NCBI GenBank assembly: GCA_963783375.1
Contig: CAWANH010000003.1
Span: 32,001 to 96,000 of the forward strand
Direction: 5' to 3'
Source of the DNA: Candidatus Eiseniibacteriota bacterium
GTDB taxonomy: Bacteria > Eisenbacteria > RBG-16-71-46 > JABDJR01
Length of the DNA: 64,000 nt
The notes under the pieces are model-generated. The model was not told the origin of the DNA, did not search any database, and saw only the letters and a list, made by a program, of their open reading frames with translations. The translations under genes were made by a program, and so were the position numbers. Every line of letters begins with the position of its first letter. Positions within the stretch are counted from its first letter, which is position 1. Below are positions 18,971 through 27,275 of the stretch, piece after piece.

Positions 18971-19816
18971 TCAGGAGACAAGGAGCCGGGGGAGGAGGGC
19001 CTGGAGGAACCGGGTGAAGGTCTCCCGGACCCGGGCCGTAACCTCCATCACCTCTTGATGGTGGAGCGGCTCGGCACTGAGCCCGGCGGCCAGGTTGGAT
19101 ATGCAGGAGATCCCCAGGACCTCCATCCCCAGATGGCGGGCCGCCACCACCTCGGCCACCGTGGACATCCCCACCGCATCCCCCCCGAACCGCTTGACCA
19201 TCCGGATCTCGGCGGGGGTCTCGTAGGCCGGTCCCAGGTTCCCCCAGTAGGTCCCCGCGCGGACCCGCGCCAGCCCCAGCTCGGCCGCGGTCCGGTGCGC
19301 GACGTCCAGGAGCCGGCGGGAGAAGGGCTCGGACATGTCCACGAAGCGGTCCCGGTCGAGGAGCGGGCCCCGTCCCCGGAGCGGGCTCTGGAACTGGAGG
19401 TTCATCTGATCCTCGATCAGCATGAGATCGCCCGGCTCCAGCCGGTGATCCACTCCCCCCGCGGCGTTCGTCACCACCAGGACCCGGGCTCCCAGGGCGT
19501 GCATCACCCGCAGAGGGAAGGTGATCTGCGCCGCGGAGTACCCCTCGTAGAGGTGGAACCTCCCCTGCTGGGCCGCCGCCGGAACGCCGTTCGCCGCCCC
19601 CAAGACCAGCCGCCCGGCGTGCCCCTCCACCGTGGATACCGGAAAACCCGGGAGATCGGCGTAGTCCACCGCGACCCGGTCTGCGAAGGTATCGGCGTAG
19701 TCCCCGAGCCCCGAGCCCAGGATCAGGGCCACTCCGGGAACCTGATCGGTCCGGGCCCGGACCGCCGCCGCCGCCCGCTCCACCTCTTCCGGGCCGTAGG
19801 CCATGACGCCGCTCAT
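18971..19816 (-). CDS. punA: Purine-nucleoside phosphorylase (trimeric type)
   Basis: LILGSGLG, STVEGHAG, QGRFHLYEGY, TNAAGG, GPAYETPAE, VGMSTVAE, CISNLAAG. Confidence 0.95.
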   Translation of the reverse strand: MSGVMAYGPEEVERAAAAVRARTDQVPGVALILGSGLGDYADTFADRVAVDYADLPGFPVSTVEGHAGRLVLGAANGVPAAAQQGRFHLYEGYSAAQITFPLRVMHALGARVLVVTNAAGGVDHRLEPGDLMLIEDQMNLQFQSPLRGRGPLLDRDRFVDMSEPFSRRLLDVAHRTAAELGLARVRAGTYWGNLGPAYETPAEIRMVKRFGGDAVGMSTVAEVVAARHLGMEVLGISCISNLAAGLSAEPLHHQEVMEVTARVRETFTRFLQALLPRLLVS

Positions 19817-20442
19817 GCCGCAGTCTCGCGGAGCATGCTGCGCACCTTGGTCACCAGGAGATCGATGGCCACCCGGTTCTTCCCCCCCTCGGGAATGATG
19901 ATGTCGGCGAAGCGCTTGGAGGGTTCGATGAACTGCTGGTGCATGGGGCGCACGCTCTCCTCGTACTGGGTGAGGATCGACTCGAGGCTTCGGCCCCGCT
20001 CCACCGTATCCCGGCGGATGCGCCGGATGAGCCTGACGTCGGCATCGGTGTCGATGAACACCTTGATGTTCATCAGCCGGCGGAGCGCGGGGTCCTCCAG
20101 GACCAGGATCCCCTCGAGGATCACCACGGTGTGGCCCTCCACCCGCTCGGTCTGGGGGAGCCGGGTGTGATGGGTGAAGTCGTAGATGGGCTTGTCGATG
20201 GGTTGCCCCCGGAGCAGGGTCTGCACGTGATCGAGGAGCAGCTCGCGATCGAAGGAGTCGGGGTGGTCGAAGTTCAGCCGTCCACGCTCCTCGACCGACA
20301 GCCCGGCAAAGTCCCGGTAGTAGGCGTCCTGCTCGAGCATCACCACTTCGGAGGAGCCGAGATTCCGGATGAGGGTCGAGGCCACCAGGGACTTTCCCGA
20401 GGCGGTCCCGCCGGCGAGCCCGATGAGCAACGGTCGTTCCAT
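19813..20442 (-). CDS. udk: Uridine kinase
   Basis: IGLAGGTASGKS, QDAYY, NFDHPDSFD, RRIRRD..ERGR, FIEPSKRFADIIIP. Confidence 0.95.
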   Translation of the reverse strand: MERPLLIGLAGGTASGKSLVASTLIRNLGSSEVVMLEQDAYYRDFAGLSVEERGRLNFDHPDSFDRELLLDHVQTLLRGQPIDKPIYDFTHHTRLPQTERVEGHTVVILEGILVLEDPALRRLMNIKVFIDTDADVRLIRRIRRDTVERGRSLESILTQYEESVRPMHQQFIEPSKRFADIIIPEGGKNRVAIDLLVTKVRSMLRETAA

Positions 20443-20458
20443 GGGTCCTCTCCCCGTC

Positions 20459-21589
20459 CTAGAAGTGGTCGCGCGGCGGGACGAACTGGGGTCCGAAGCT
20501 CCGGGCCACGATGCCGTCGAGTTCGTCCAGCACCTGGGTGAGGAGCGCCACCTTCCGCTTGAGCGGCAGGAAGGCGCTCTTGAAGCCGTTCAGCACCAGC
20601 TTCCGCACGTCGGGTATTCCCAGCTCGAACGCCTCGACGGCCAGCTGGTACTCCCGGGTGATGTCGGTCGCGCTCATCAGGGTGTTGTCGGTGTTCAGGG
20701 TGACCCGGAGGTCCTCGTCGTAGTAGAGCCGGAAGGGGTGGTCGGCGAGGCGGCTCACCACCCCGGTCTGGAGGTTCGAGCTCAGGCAGATCTCCATCGG
20801 GATCCGATGGTTGTTCACGTAGGCCATGAGGTCGGAGTCCTCGTGAAGCCGGGTGCCGTGACCGATGCGGTGGGCCCCCAGGTAGTGGATGGCCTGATGG
20901 ATGCTGGGAGGGCCGAACCCTTCCCCGGCGTGGCAGGTGCAGTTGATGTTGTTGTTGAGGATCTTGTAGAAGGCCTGGACGTGATCCTTGGCCGGGTAGT
21001 CCTTCTCCGCTCCGGCCAGGTCGAAGGCGACCACCCCGCGGTTCTTGTACTCCACGCTCAGGTCGGCCAGTTCCATGGTGGACTGGGGAGGGAGATTCCG
21101 GATGCCGCAAACGATCGCTCCGGTGAGGGTTCCGGTCTTCCGGGACGCTTCGTCCAGCCCGGCCAGCACCCCTTCCAGGATATCCCGCATCGAGTGGCCG
21201 TTCTTGAGATGAAGGATGGGGGAGAATCGCACCTCCACGTAGCGAACGTTCTCCTTCGCCGCGTCCTCCACCACTTCCCGGGCCACGCGCCGGACCGCAT
21301 CGGGTTCCTGGAGAACGGAGAGCGTGAGGTCGAACGCCTCCAGGTATTCCTCCAGCGACTCGCAGGCGTCCCCGCAGATCAACCGGCGGCGGAGATCGTC
21401 CTCGCTGTCCACCTTGAGCGCCACCCCCTGCTCCCGGGCCAGGTCCTTCACCGTTCCCAGGCGGAGGGATCCGTCCAGGTGAAGATGGAGATCGGTCTTG
21501 GGGATCTCGTGGAGGAAACTGGGATGATCCAGGATCATCCGGGCCTCCCGCGCCCTCTCGCTCGAACCCTCGGTCGCCGTGTTCGTCAT
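20459..21589 (-). CDS. add: Adenosine deaminase
   Basis: PKTDLHLHLDGS, YVEVRFSP, FDLAGAE, HAGE, RIGHG, CLSSNLQT, LNTDN. Confidence 0.93.
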   Translation of the reverse strand: MTNTATEGSSERAREARMILDHPSFLHEIPKTDLHLHLDGSLRLGTVKDLAREQGVALKVDSEDDLRRRLICGDACESLEEYLEAFDLTLSVLQEPDAVRRVAREVVEDAAKENVRYVEVRFSPILHLKNGHSMRDILEGVLAGLDEASRKTGTLTGAIVCGIRNLPPQSTMELADLSVEYKNRGVVAFDLAGAEKDYPAKDHVQAFYKILNNNINCTCHAGEGFGPPSIHQAIHYLGAHRIGHGTRLHEDSDLMAYVNNHRIPMEICLSSNLQTGVVSRLADHPFRLYYDEDLRVTLNTDNTLMSATDITREYQLAVEAFELGIPDVRKLVLNGFKSAFLPLKRKVALLTQVLDELDGIVARSFGPQFVPPRDHF

Positions 21590-21695
21590 CGTGAAACCCT
21601 TTCTTGCCCGCCCGCCTCCGCGGGCCCGTTCTGCATCCTGTCCCGGCCGCGCGGCGGTCCGGCCCCGGCCCGATCCGGCCCCCCCGCGCCCCCGG

Positions 21696-23051
21696 TCAGT
21701 TCAATTCCACCCGGGCCAACAGCGCCCGGATCTCCTCCCTCGGTCGACGGCGGAGCGCCTCGGGGTCCAGATGGGGCAGGCGGCCGGCGTCCACCGCCAC
21801 CTCGCCGTCCACCACCACCCAGCGCACCGCGTCCCGCCCCGCCGCGTAGACGATCCGATCGTAGACCGAAACCCGTTCCGGTCCAAAACTCTGGGGGCGG
21901 TCGAGGTCCAGGATGGCCAGGTCCCCCGCCTTTCCCGGCTCGAGGCTCCCCAGATCGTCCTCGAGCCCCATCGCCCGCGCCCCCTCCACCGTGGCCAGCT
22001 CCAGCGCCTCCTCGGCCCGGAACGCGCCGGGGCCGCGCTTGAATCCGGTAAGGAGGGCGGCGAGCCGCATCTCCTCCAGGACGTCCATGTCGTTGTTGCA
22101 GGGGGCGCCGTCGGTTCCGATTCCCACCGCCAGGTTCGGCCGGCCGCGAAGAAAAACGATGTCCGCGATCCCCGAACCCAGCTTGAGATTGGCCGAGGGG
22201 CAGTGGGCGATCCCCATGCGCCGGCCCGCCAGCACCTCCAGCTCCCGCTCCCCGAGCCACACCGCATGGGCCACGCGGAGATCGGCGTCCAACACCCCCC
22301 GCCGGTCCAGGAACTCCATCTGGCTCGTGCCGAGGGCTTCACGCACCGAGGTCTCCTCGTCGCGGCTCTCCAGGAGATGAGTGTGCATGGGCGCGGCCAG
22401 GGAGCGGGCCAATCCGGCTGCCCCCTCCCAGAGACCGGGGGAGCAGGACAGGATGAACCGGGGACAGACCGCGCCCCGGATCCGGCCGCGTCCCTCCCCG
22501 TGCCACTTGCGGTGGAGCGCCTCGGCCTCGGCCAAGCCCGCCGCGGCGTCCTCGGCCAGGGGGGCGGGGACCCCGGCCCCGGTGTCCATGAGGCACTTCC
22601 CCGCGGTGGCCCGAAGCCCCGAGTCGAGGATGGCCCGGAACACCCCCTCCATCCCCCGCACCACCCCGATTTCCTGGACGGTGGTGGTGCCGGAAAGCAG
22701 GCAGTCCGCCGCCCCCAGCATCGCCGACCAGTAGGCGCTCTCCTCGGTGTGCGCCGCCTCCAGGGGCCAGATGCGGTCCCGAAGCCAGCTCAACAGGGCC
22801 CGGTCCTCGGCCAGCCCCCGGAACAGCGCCTGGCCCAGGTGGACGTGGCCCTGGATGAACCCGGGGAGAACGTGGAGTCCGCGGGCGTCGAGGAGCCGGG
22901 ACCCCGAGGGCGCATCGAGATTCCGGCCCACCGCGGCGATACGCCCCTCGGTGATGAGGAGGTCCTCCTCCACCACCCGGCGGCCGGGATCCATGGTGAC
23001 CAGCGTTCCCCCGGAGACCAGGAGATGCCGGTGGGAACGGGGGCGGTTCAC
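21696..23051 (-). CDS. Amidohydrolase, 5'-deoxyadenosine/MTA/SAH deaminase-like
   Basis: PGFIQGHVH, HTHLLES..E, AHAVWL, HCPSANLKLGSG, GTDGAPCNN; GTG start overlaps the hpt stop (GTGA). Confidence 0.85.
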   Translation of the reverse strand: MNRPRSHRHLLVSGGTLVTMDPGRRVVEEDLLITEGRIAAVGRNLDAPSGSRLLDARGLHVLPGFIQGHVHLGQALFRGLAEDRALLSWLRDRIWPLEAAHTEESAYWSAMLGAADCLLSGTTTVQEIGVVRGMEGVFRAILDSGLRATAGKCLMDTGAGVPAPLAEDAAAGLAEAEALHRKWHGEGRGRIRGAVCPRFILSCSPGLWEGAAGLARSLAAPMHTHLLESRDEETSVREALGTSQMEFLDRRGVLDADLRVAHAVWLGERELEVLAGRRMGIAHCPSANLKLGSGIADIVFLRGRPNLAVGIGTDGAPCNNDMDVLEEMRLAALLTGFKRGPGAFRAEEALELATVEGARAMGLEDDLGSLEPGKAGDLAILDLDRPQSFGPERVSVYDRIVYAAGRDAVRWVVVDGEVAVDAGRLPHLDPEALRRRPREEIRALLARVELN

Positions 23052-23611
23052 GGGTTGGTGTACACCTCTTCCTTCAGGACCCCGATGTAGGGGAGGTTCC
23101 GGTAGATGCCCAGGTAGTCCAGGCCGTAACCCACCACGAACTCGTTGGGGCACTCGAAGCCCACGTACTTGACCGGCACCTCCTCCATCCGGGCCTCCCG
23201 CTTGTCCAGGAGCGCGCAGATCTCCACCGAGGCCGGGTGCCGGGTGTTCAGGTTGTCGAGGAGGTAGCTCGCGGTCAGCCCGCTGTCGATGATGTCCTCC
23301 ACCAGGAGCACGTCCCGCCCGGTGATGTTCTCGTTCAGGTCCTTCAGGATGCGCACCACGCCCGAGGACTGGGTGCCCCCGCCGTAGGAGGAGACGGACA
23401 TGAAGTCCACCTCCAGATGGGTGTTCATGGTCCGCACCAGGTCGGCGATGAAGGGGAAGCATCCGTTCAGGATGCCGACCATGAGCACCCGCCGACCGGC
23501 GTAGTCGCGCACGATCTCGTCCCCCATCTCGCGGACCTTGGCCTGGATCGCCTCCTGGGTAAAGAGGACCTCGCGTAGCCCGGACCCGATGCCTTCCTGC
23601 CAATTCTTCAT
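23048..23611 (-). CDS. hpt: Hypoxanthine phosphoribosyltransferase
   Basis: VLLVEDIIDSGLT PRPP motif, SSYG, FVVGYGLDY...RNLPYIG. Confidence 0.95.
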   Translation of the reverse strand: MKNWQEGIGSGLREVLFTQEAIQAKVREMGDEIVRDYAGRRVLMVGILNGCFPFIADLVRTMNTHLEVDFMSVSSYGGGTQSSGVVRILKDLNENITGRDVLLVEDIIDSGLTASYLLDNLNTRHPASVEICALLDKREARMEEVPVKYVGFECPNEFVVGYGLDYLGIYRNLPYIGVLKEEVYTNP

Positions 23612-23712
23612 GCGTTCGTCTCCCGAGGTTCTTGAGTTCCGGGCCCCGGGACGTGGCCGGGACCTCCGCGCGGGAGCCCCGGCCGTGAGCCGGCCGGGCC
23701 TCCGAATACAGC

Positions 23713-25023
23713 CTACAACAGCATGCCGGCCAGGGTGGCGGTCAGGGCGCTGGCCAGGGCCCCCACGATCATCGCCTTGAACCCCAGCCGGGCCAGGTCG
23801 TGGCGGCGTTCGGGGGCCATCCCCCCGATCCCTCCGATCTGGATGGCGATGCTGCTCAGGTTGGCGAATCCGCACAGGGAGTAGATGGCGATCACGTACG
23901 CCTTGTCCGAGATCTGTTGGTGGATCGATCCGAGCTGGATATAGGCCAGGAACTCGTTCACCGCCAGCTTGGTCCCGATCAGGTTCCCCACCGCGGGGGC
24001 GTCGTGCCAGGGAACCCCCATCGCCCAGGCCATGGGGGCGAACGCCCATCCGAAGATCTTGGCCAGGGTGAGGTCGTTCAGGAAGGGCAGCGAACCGGCC
24101 AGGGGATGGGAGACCTTGAGCAGGATGTAGTTGACCAGGGCGATGAGGGCGATGAACGCGATGAGCATGGCGCCCACGTTGGCCGCCAGCTTGAGCCCGG
24201 TGGCCGCGCCCGAGGCGGCGGCGTCGATCACGTTCACCGTGTCCTTCTCCACCTCCACCTTCACGTACCCCGCGGTCTGGGACTCGCGGGTTTCCGGCAC
24301 CGCGATCTTGGCCAGGGTGAGCGCGGCGGGCGCGCTCATCACCGAGGCGGTGAGGAGATGCCCGGCGTCGATCCCGAACCGCACGTAGGCGGCCATCACC
24401 CCCCCGGCCACGGTGGCGAATCCCCCCACCATGACCGCCATCAGCTCGCTGACCGTCATGGAGGAGACGAAGGGGCGGACCATGAGCGGAGCCTCGGTCT
24501 GTCCCACGAAGATGTTGGCGGCGGTGGAGAGGGTTTCCGATCCCGAGGTCTTCATGGTCTTCTGCATCACCCAGGCCACCGCGGCCACGATGCGCTGCAT
24601 GATCCCCAGGTGGTAGAGCACCGACATGAGCGCGGAGAAGAAGATGATGGTGGGCAGAACGTGGATGGCGAAGATGACCCCCAGCTCCACCAGCTTTCCG
24701 GTGCCGCTGTCGGTGACCTGGACGTAGCCCTGCATGGCCCCCGGCCCCAGGCTCTTGGCGATGTCCGGGGTCGAGCGGTAGAGGTTCCCGAAGAGGAAGC
24801 CCGCCCCCGCGTCGGTGAAGGAGAGCAGGCGGTTCACCATCGCCCGGCCCAGCACGAAGAGGCGCTCTCCGGGCCCGGTCTTGAGGATCACCACCGCGAA
24901 GATCACCTGGAGCCCGATCCCCCAGGCCACCGTCCGCCATCGGATGGCCCGGCGATCGGTGCTGATCAGCCAGCAGATGCCCAGAATCATCACCACCCCG
25001 ATGAGACCCACGAATCGGCTCAT
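23713..25023 (-). CDS. nupC: Concentrative nucleoside transporter (CNT family)
   Basis: AIRWRTV, LPTIIFFSAL, ANIFVGQTEAPL, GFATVAGG, KLAVNEF, CGFANLSSI. Confidence 0.95.
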   Translation of the reverse strand: MSRFVGLIGVVMILGICWLISTDRRAIRWRTVAWGIGLQVIFAVVILKTGPGERLFVLGRAMVNRLLSFTDAGAGFLFGNLYRSTPDIAKSLGPGAMQGYVQVTDSGTGKLVELGVIFAIHVLPTIIFFSALMSVLYHLGIMQRIVAAVAWVMQKTMKTSGSETLSTAANIFVGQTEAPLMVRPFVSSMTVSELMAVMVGGFATVAGGVMAAYVRFGIDAGHLLTASVMSAPAALTLAKIAVPETRESQTAGYVKVEVEKDTVNVIDAAASGAATGLKLAANVGAMLIAFIALIALVNYILLKVSHPLAGSLPFLNDLTLAKIFGWAFAPMAWAMGVPWHDAPAVGNLIGTKLAVNEFLAYIQLGSIHQQISDKAYVIAIYSLCGFANLSSIAIQIGGIGGMAPERRHDLARLGFKAMIVGALASALTATLAGMLL

Positions 25024-25255
25024 GTCTCCCCCTCGGAGCATCGCCCCGCGGCTCCGCCCCCGGTTGTCCCCGTCGGCGCTCACCCATCGGCCCCGAACTC
25101 CGGAGCCGGACCGGGCCCGAACCCCCCGTCGCCGGACGGAGGAAGCGACGGCCGGATGATCATCCCTCGCCGCCGGGTAACTATCCCGTCGGAGGCGGGG
25201 TTATGACGGGCGCCCGCTTGGAACTCGGTGGTCGGCATGAGCCGGGCCGTGGATT

Positions 25256-25492
25256 GTGCCCCGATCGGCCCGGGGAGGCAAGTGCATGGGAAGAGGAATC
25301 CTCGGGGGGAGCTTGGCGCTCGCCGTGGCCGAGGGCGAAGTGCGGCTGGACCGGCGAATTCACGGACCTTACCTTCTGGAGGGGGGGTACGACTTCCGGT
25401 ACGAGGAAGGTACCCTGGAGAGCGGCCAGGACGGGAACTGGATCCGTTCCCGGGAGCACGGCCTGTTCCTGGGCCTCCGCCGGGGAGGCTGA
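25256..25492 (+). other. Short ORF, possibly a fragment of a beta-barrel gene
   Basis: Alternating beta-like pattern (YLLEGGYDFRYEE...HGLFLGL); no clear RBS or signal peptide. Confidence 0.25.
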
Positions 25493-25537
25493 CCGGCCGC
25501 GAACGTACGGCCATCGTCCGGCATTCCGCGGAAGGAA

Positions 25538-26446
25538 ATGAGGAGGGTGCACGGCATGAAGATACTGATGGCGGCGGCCACGGCCGGGATCCTGATCGGA
25601 GCGTCGGGCGCGGCGGCCGGGGCCCGGGAGTACCCGACCGACCCCGGCGCGCTCCAGCCGCCGATGGAGTTCACCGCCCTCACCATCGTCACCCCCGACT
25701 CGGCCCGGCTCGCGAGCTGGTTCGTTCCCGCCCAGGACTCGGCCGGGGCCCGGCTCCCGGGCGTGCGCCCCGGGCTCCTGGTGCTCCCCGGCGACGGCGA
25801 CACCATGGACCGGCGCCTTCCCCTGGTGGCGGCCATGGCCCGCCGGGGCTTCAACGTCCTCACCTTCGATCACCGCGGCCGCGGCGGGAGCAGCGACTTT
25901 CCCGTCCCGAGGGACGCCCTCGTTCTCCCCGAGTTCCTCAACGACGCCCACGCCGGTCTTTGGGTCCTGTGGAAGCGCCCGGAGGTGGATACCACCCGGG
26001 TCGCGGTCTACGGCGAATCCAAGGGGGCGTGGCTGGCCTTCGCCCTGGCCGGGGAGCGCACCGAGGTGCGAGGGATCGTGGCCGCCTTTCCCCCCACCGG
26101 GGCCAAGGACTGGATCCCGCTTCTGGAGGAGGCCCACCCCGATCGGAAGTTCTACGTCCCCAAGGGATGGAAGCGCCGGGACGATCCCGACAAGGTGGTG
26201 AACCGGTTCAACGGGCCGGTCTTCTTCATCGCCGGGGACGCCGATCTCACCAACCCGACCTGGATGGCCGAGGAGCTTCATCGGCGCTACCCCCGTCCCA
26301 AGGACCTATGGGTGATCCAGGGAGCGGCCCACGACGGGGACCGAACCCCGGAGAAGGTGGCGGGACGCGAGTACTACGACCGGATCGCCGCCTTCCTCAC
26401 CCGGGAGCTGGCCAAGCCCCCGCACCGGGGCTGGCCGGAACGTTGA
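25538..26446 (+). CDS. Secreted alpha/beta hydrolase
   Basis: Signal peptide; FDHRGRGGS; GESKG nucleophile elbow; GDAD; GAAHD. Confidence 0.8.
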   Translation: MRRVHGMKILMAAATAGILIGASGAAAGAREYPTDPGALQPPMEFTALTIVTPDSARLASWFVPAQDSAGARLPGVRPGLLVLPGDGDTMDRRLPLVAAMARRGFNVLTFDHRGRGGSSDFPVPRDALVLPEFLNDAHAGLWVLWKRPEVDTTRVAVYGESKGAWLAFALAGERTEVRGIVAAFPPTGAKDWIPLLEEAHPDRKFYVPKGWKRRDDPDKVVNRFNGPVFFIAGDADLTNPTWMAEELHRRYPRPKDLWVIQGAAHDGDRTPEKVAGREYYDRIAAFLTRELAKPPHRGWPER

Positions 26447-26546
26447 ACGCCCCCCAAGCGGCGGAGCTCCCGGCTTCGCGGAGCCGGGCAACCCGGCTTT
26501 CGGGGGAGCCGTCCGCCCACGGAGTAACAATCAGGAGAGCCCGATC

Positions 26547-27227
26547 ATGACCCGCTTTCGCACCATCCTCATCGCCGCCCTCGTGTTCGCCGGAATCCTG
26601 GGGTGTTCCTCGGGCAACGGCGTCCTTCCCCAGACCCTGGACGACATGGAGAGCGGGGCCGAGGACCTGGTCGATCTCGTGGCCGCCGGAGACGTGCCCG
26701 GGGCCATCAGCAAGGCGGCGGAGATCCAGGCGGACTGGAAGGTGATGCGACCGGAGGTCGCCCGGGCCGGGGCCTCGAAGCAGACGATCGAGGGGATGGA
26801 CGGGGCGGTGGACGCCCTGGTCGCCCCCGAACTTCACGAGGACCCCCTGGCCATGGAGCGCGCGGCGAACGAGGTGAGCCGGTACATGCCCGATCTCTTC
26901 CGGCTCTACTCCATCACGACCCCTCCGGGCACCCTGAGGCTCGACTACCTGGGACGATCCCTGGCCCTCGACGCCCGGGAGGACGACATGGACCACGCCG
27001 GCGACGACCTCGACCGGATTCAGCGGGTCTGGGGGGACCTCCGGCCGGAAATCGCCTCCCGCGCCGGCGGGGAGAAGGTGGCCGCGGGCTACGACCTGAA
27101 CCTGGAGAGCGTCCGCGCGGCCATCGCCGCTTCGGATACGACGCTCCTCGAGGAAGCAGCCAGGCGAAGCCTGGAGACCGTCGACCTCATGGAAGGACTG
27201 TTCGCTTCCGGAGAGACAAAGGACTGA
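26547..27227 (+). CDS. Hypothetical helical lipoprotein
   Basis: RBS AGGAG; ILGC lipobox; acidic amphipathic helices in two similar halves. Confidence 0.65.
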   Translation: MTRFRTILIAALVFAGILGCSSGNGVLPQTLDDMESGAEDLVDLVAAGDVPGAISKAAEIQADWKVMRPEVARAGASKQTIEGMDGAVDALVAPELHEDPLAMERAANEVSRYMPDLFRLYSITTPPGTLRLDYLGRSLALDAREDDMDHAGDDLDRIQRVWGDLRPEIASRAGGEKVAAGYDLNLESVRAAIAASDTTLLEEAARRSLETVDLMEGLFASGETKD

Positions 27228-27275
27228 TTCTCGGATCCCGGCCGGGCCGCGCGCCCGGCCGGGATCCTCCACCGA

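Noticed and set aside
21696-25087. Apparent long fusions in the ORF track (also 30159-31904, 35759-36973, 55651-58380, 60502-62004, 62078-63688)
   Set aside because: The extensions are stop-free alternative frames overlapping neighbouring genes. True starts have an RBS or stop/start overlaps; 60502-62004 reads through because of a probable 1-bp error.
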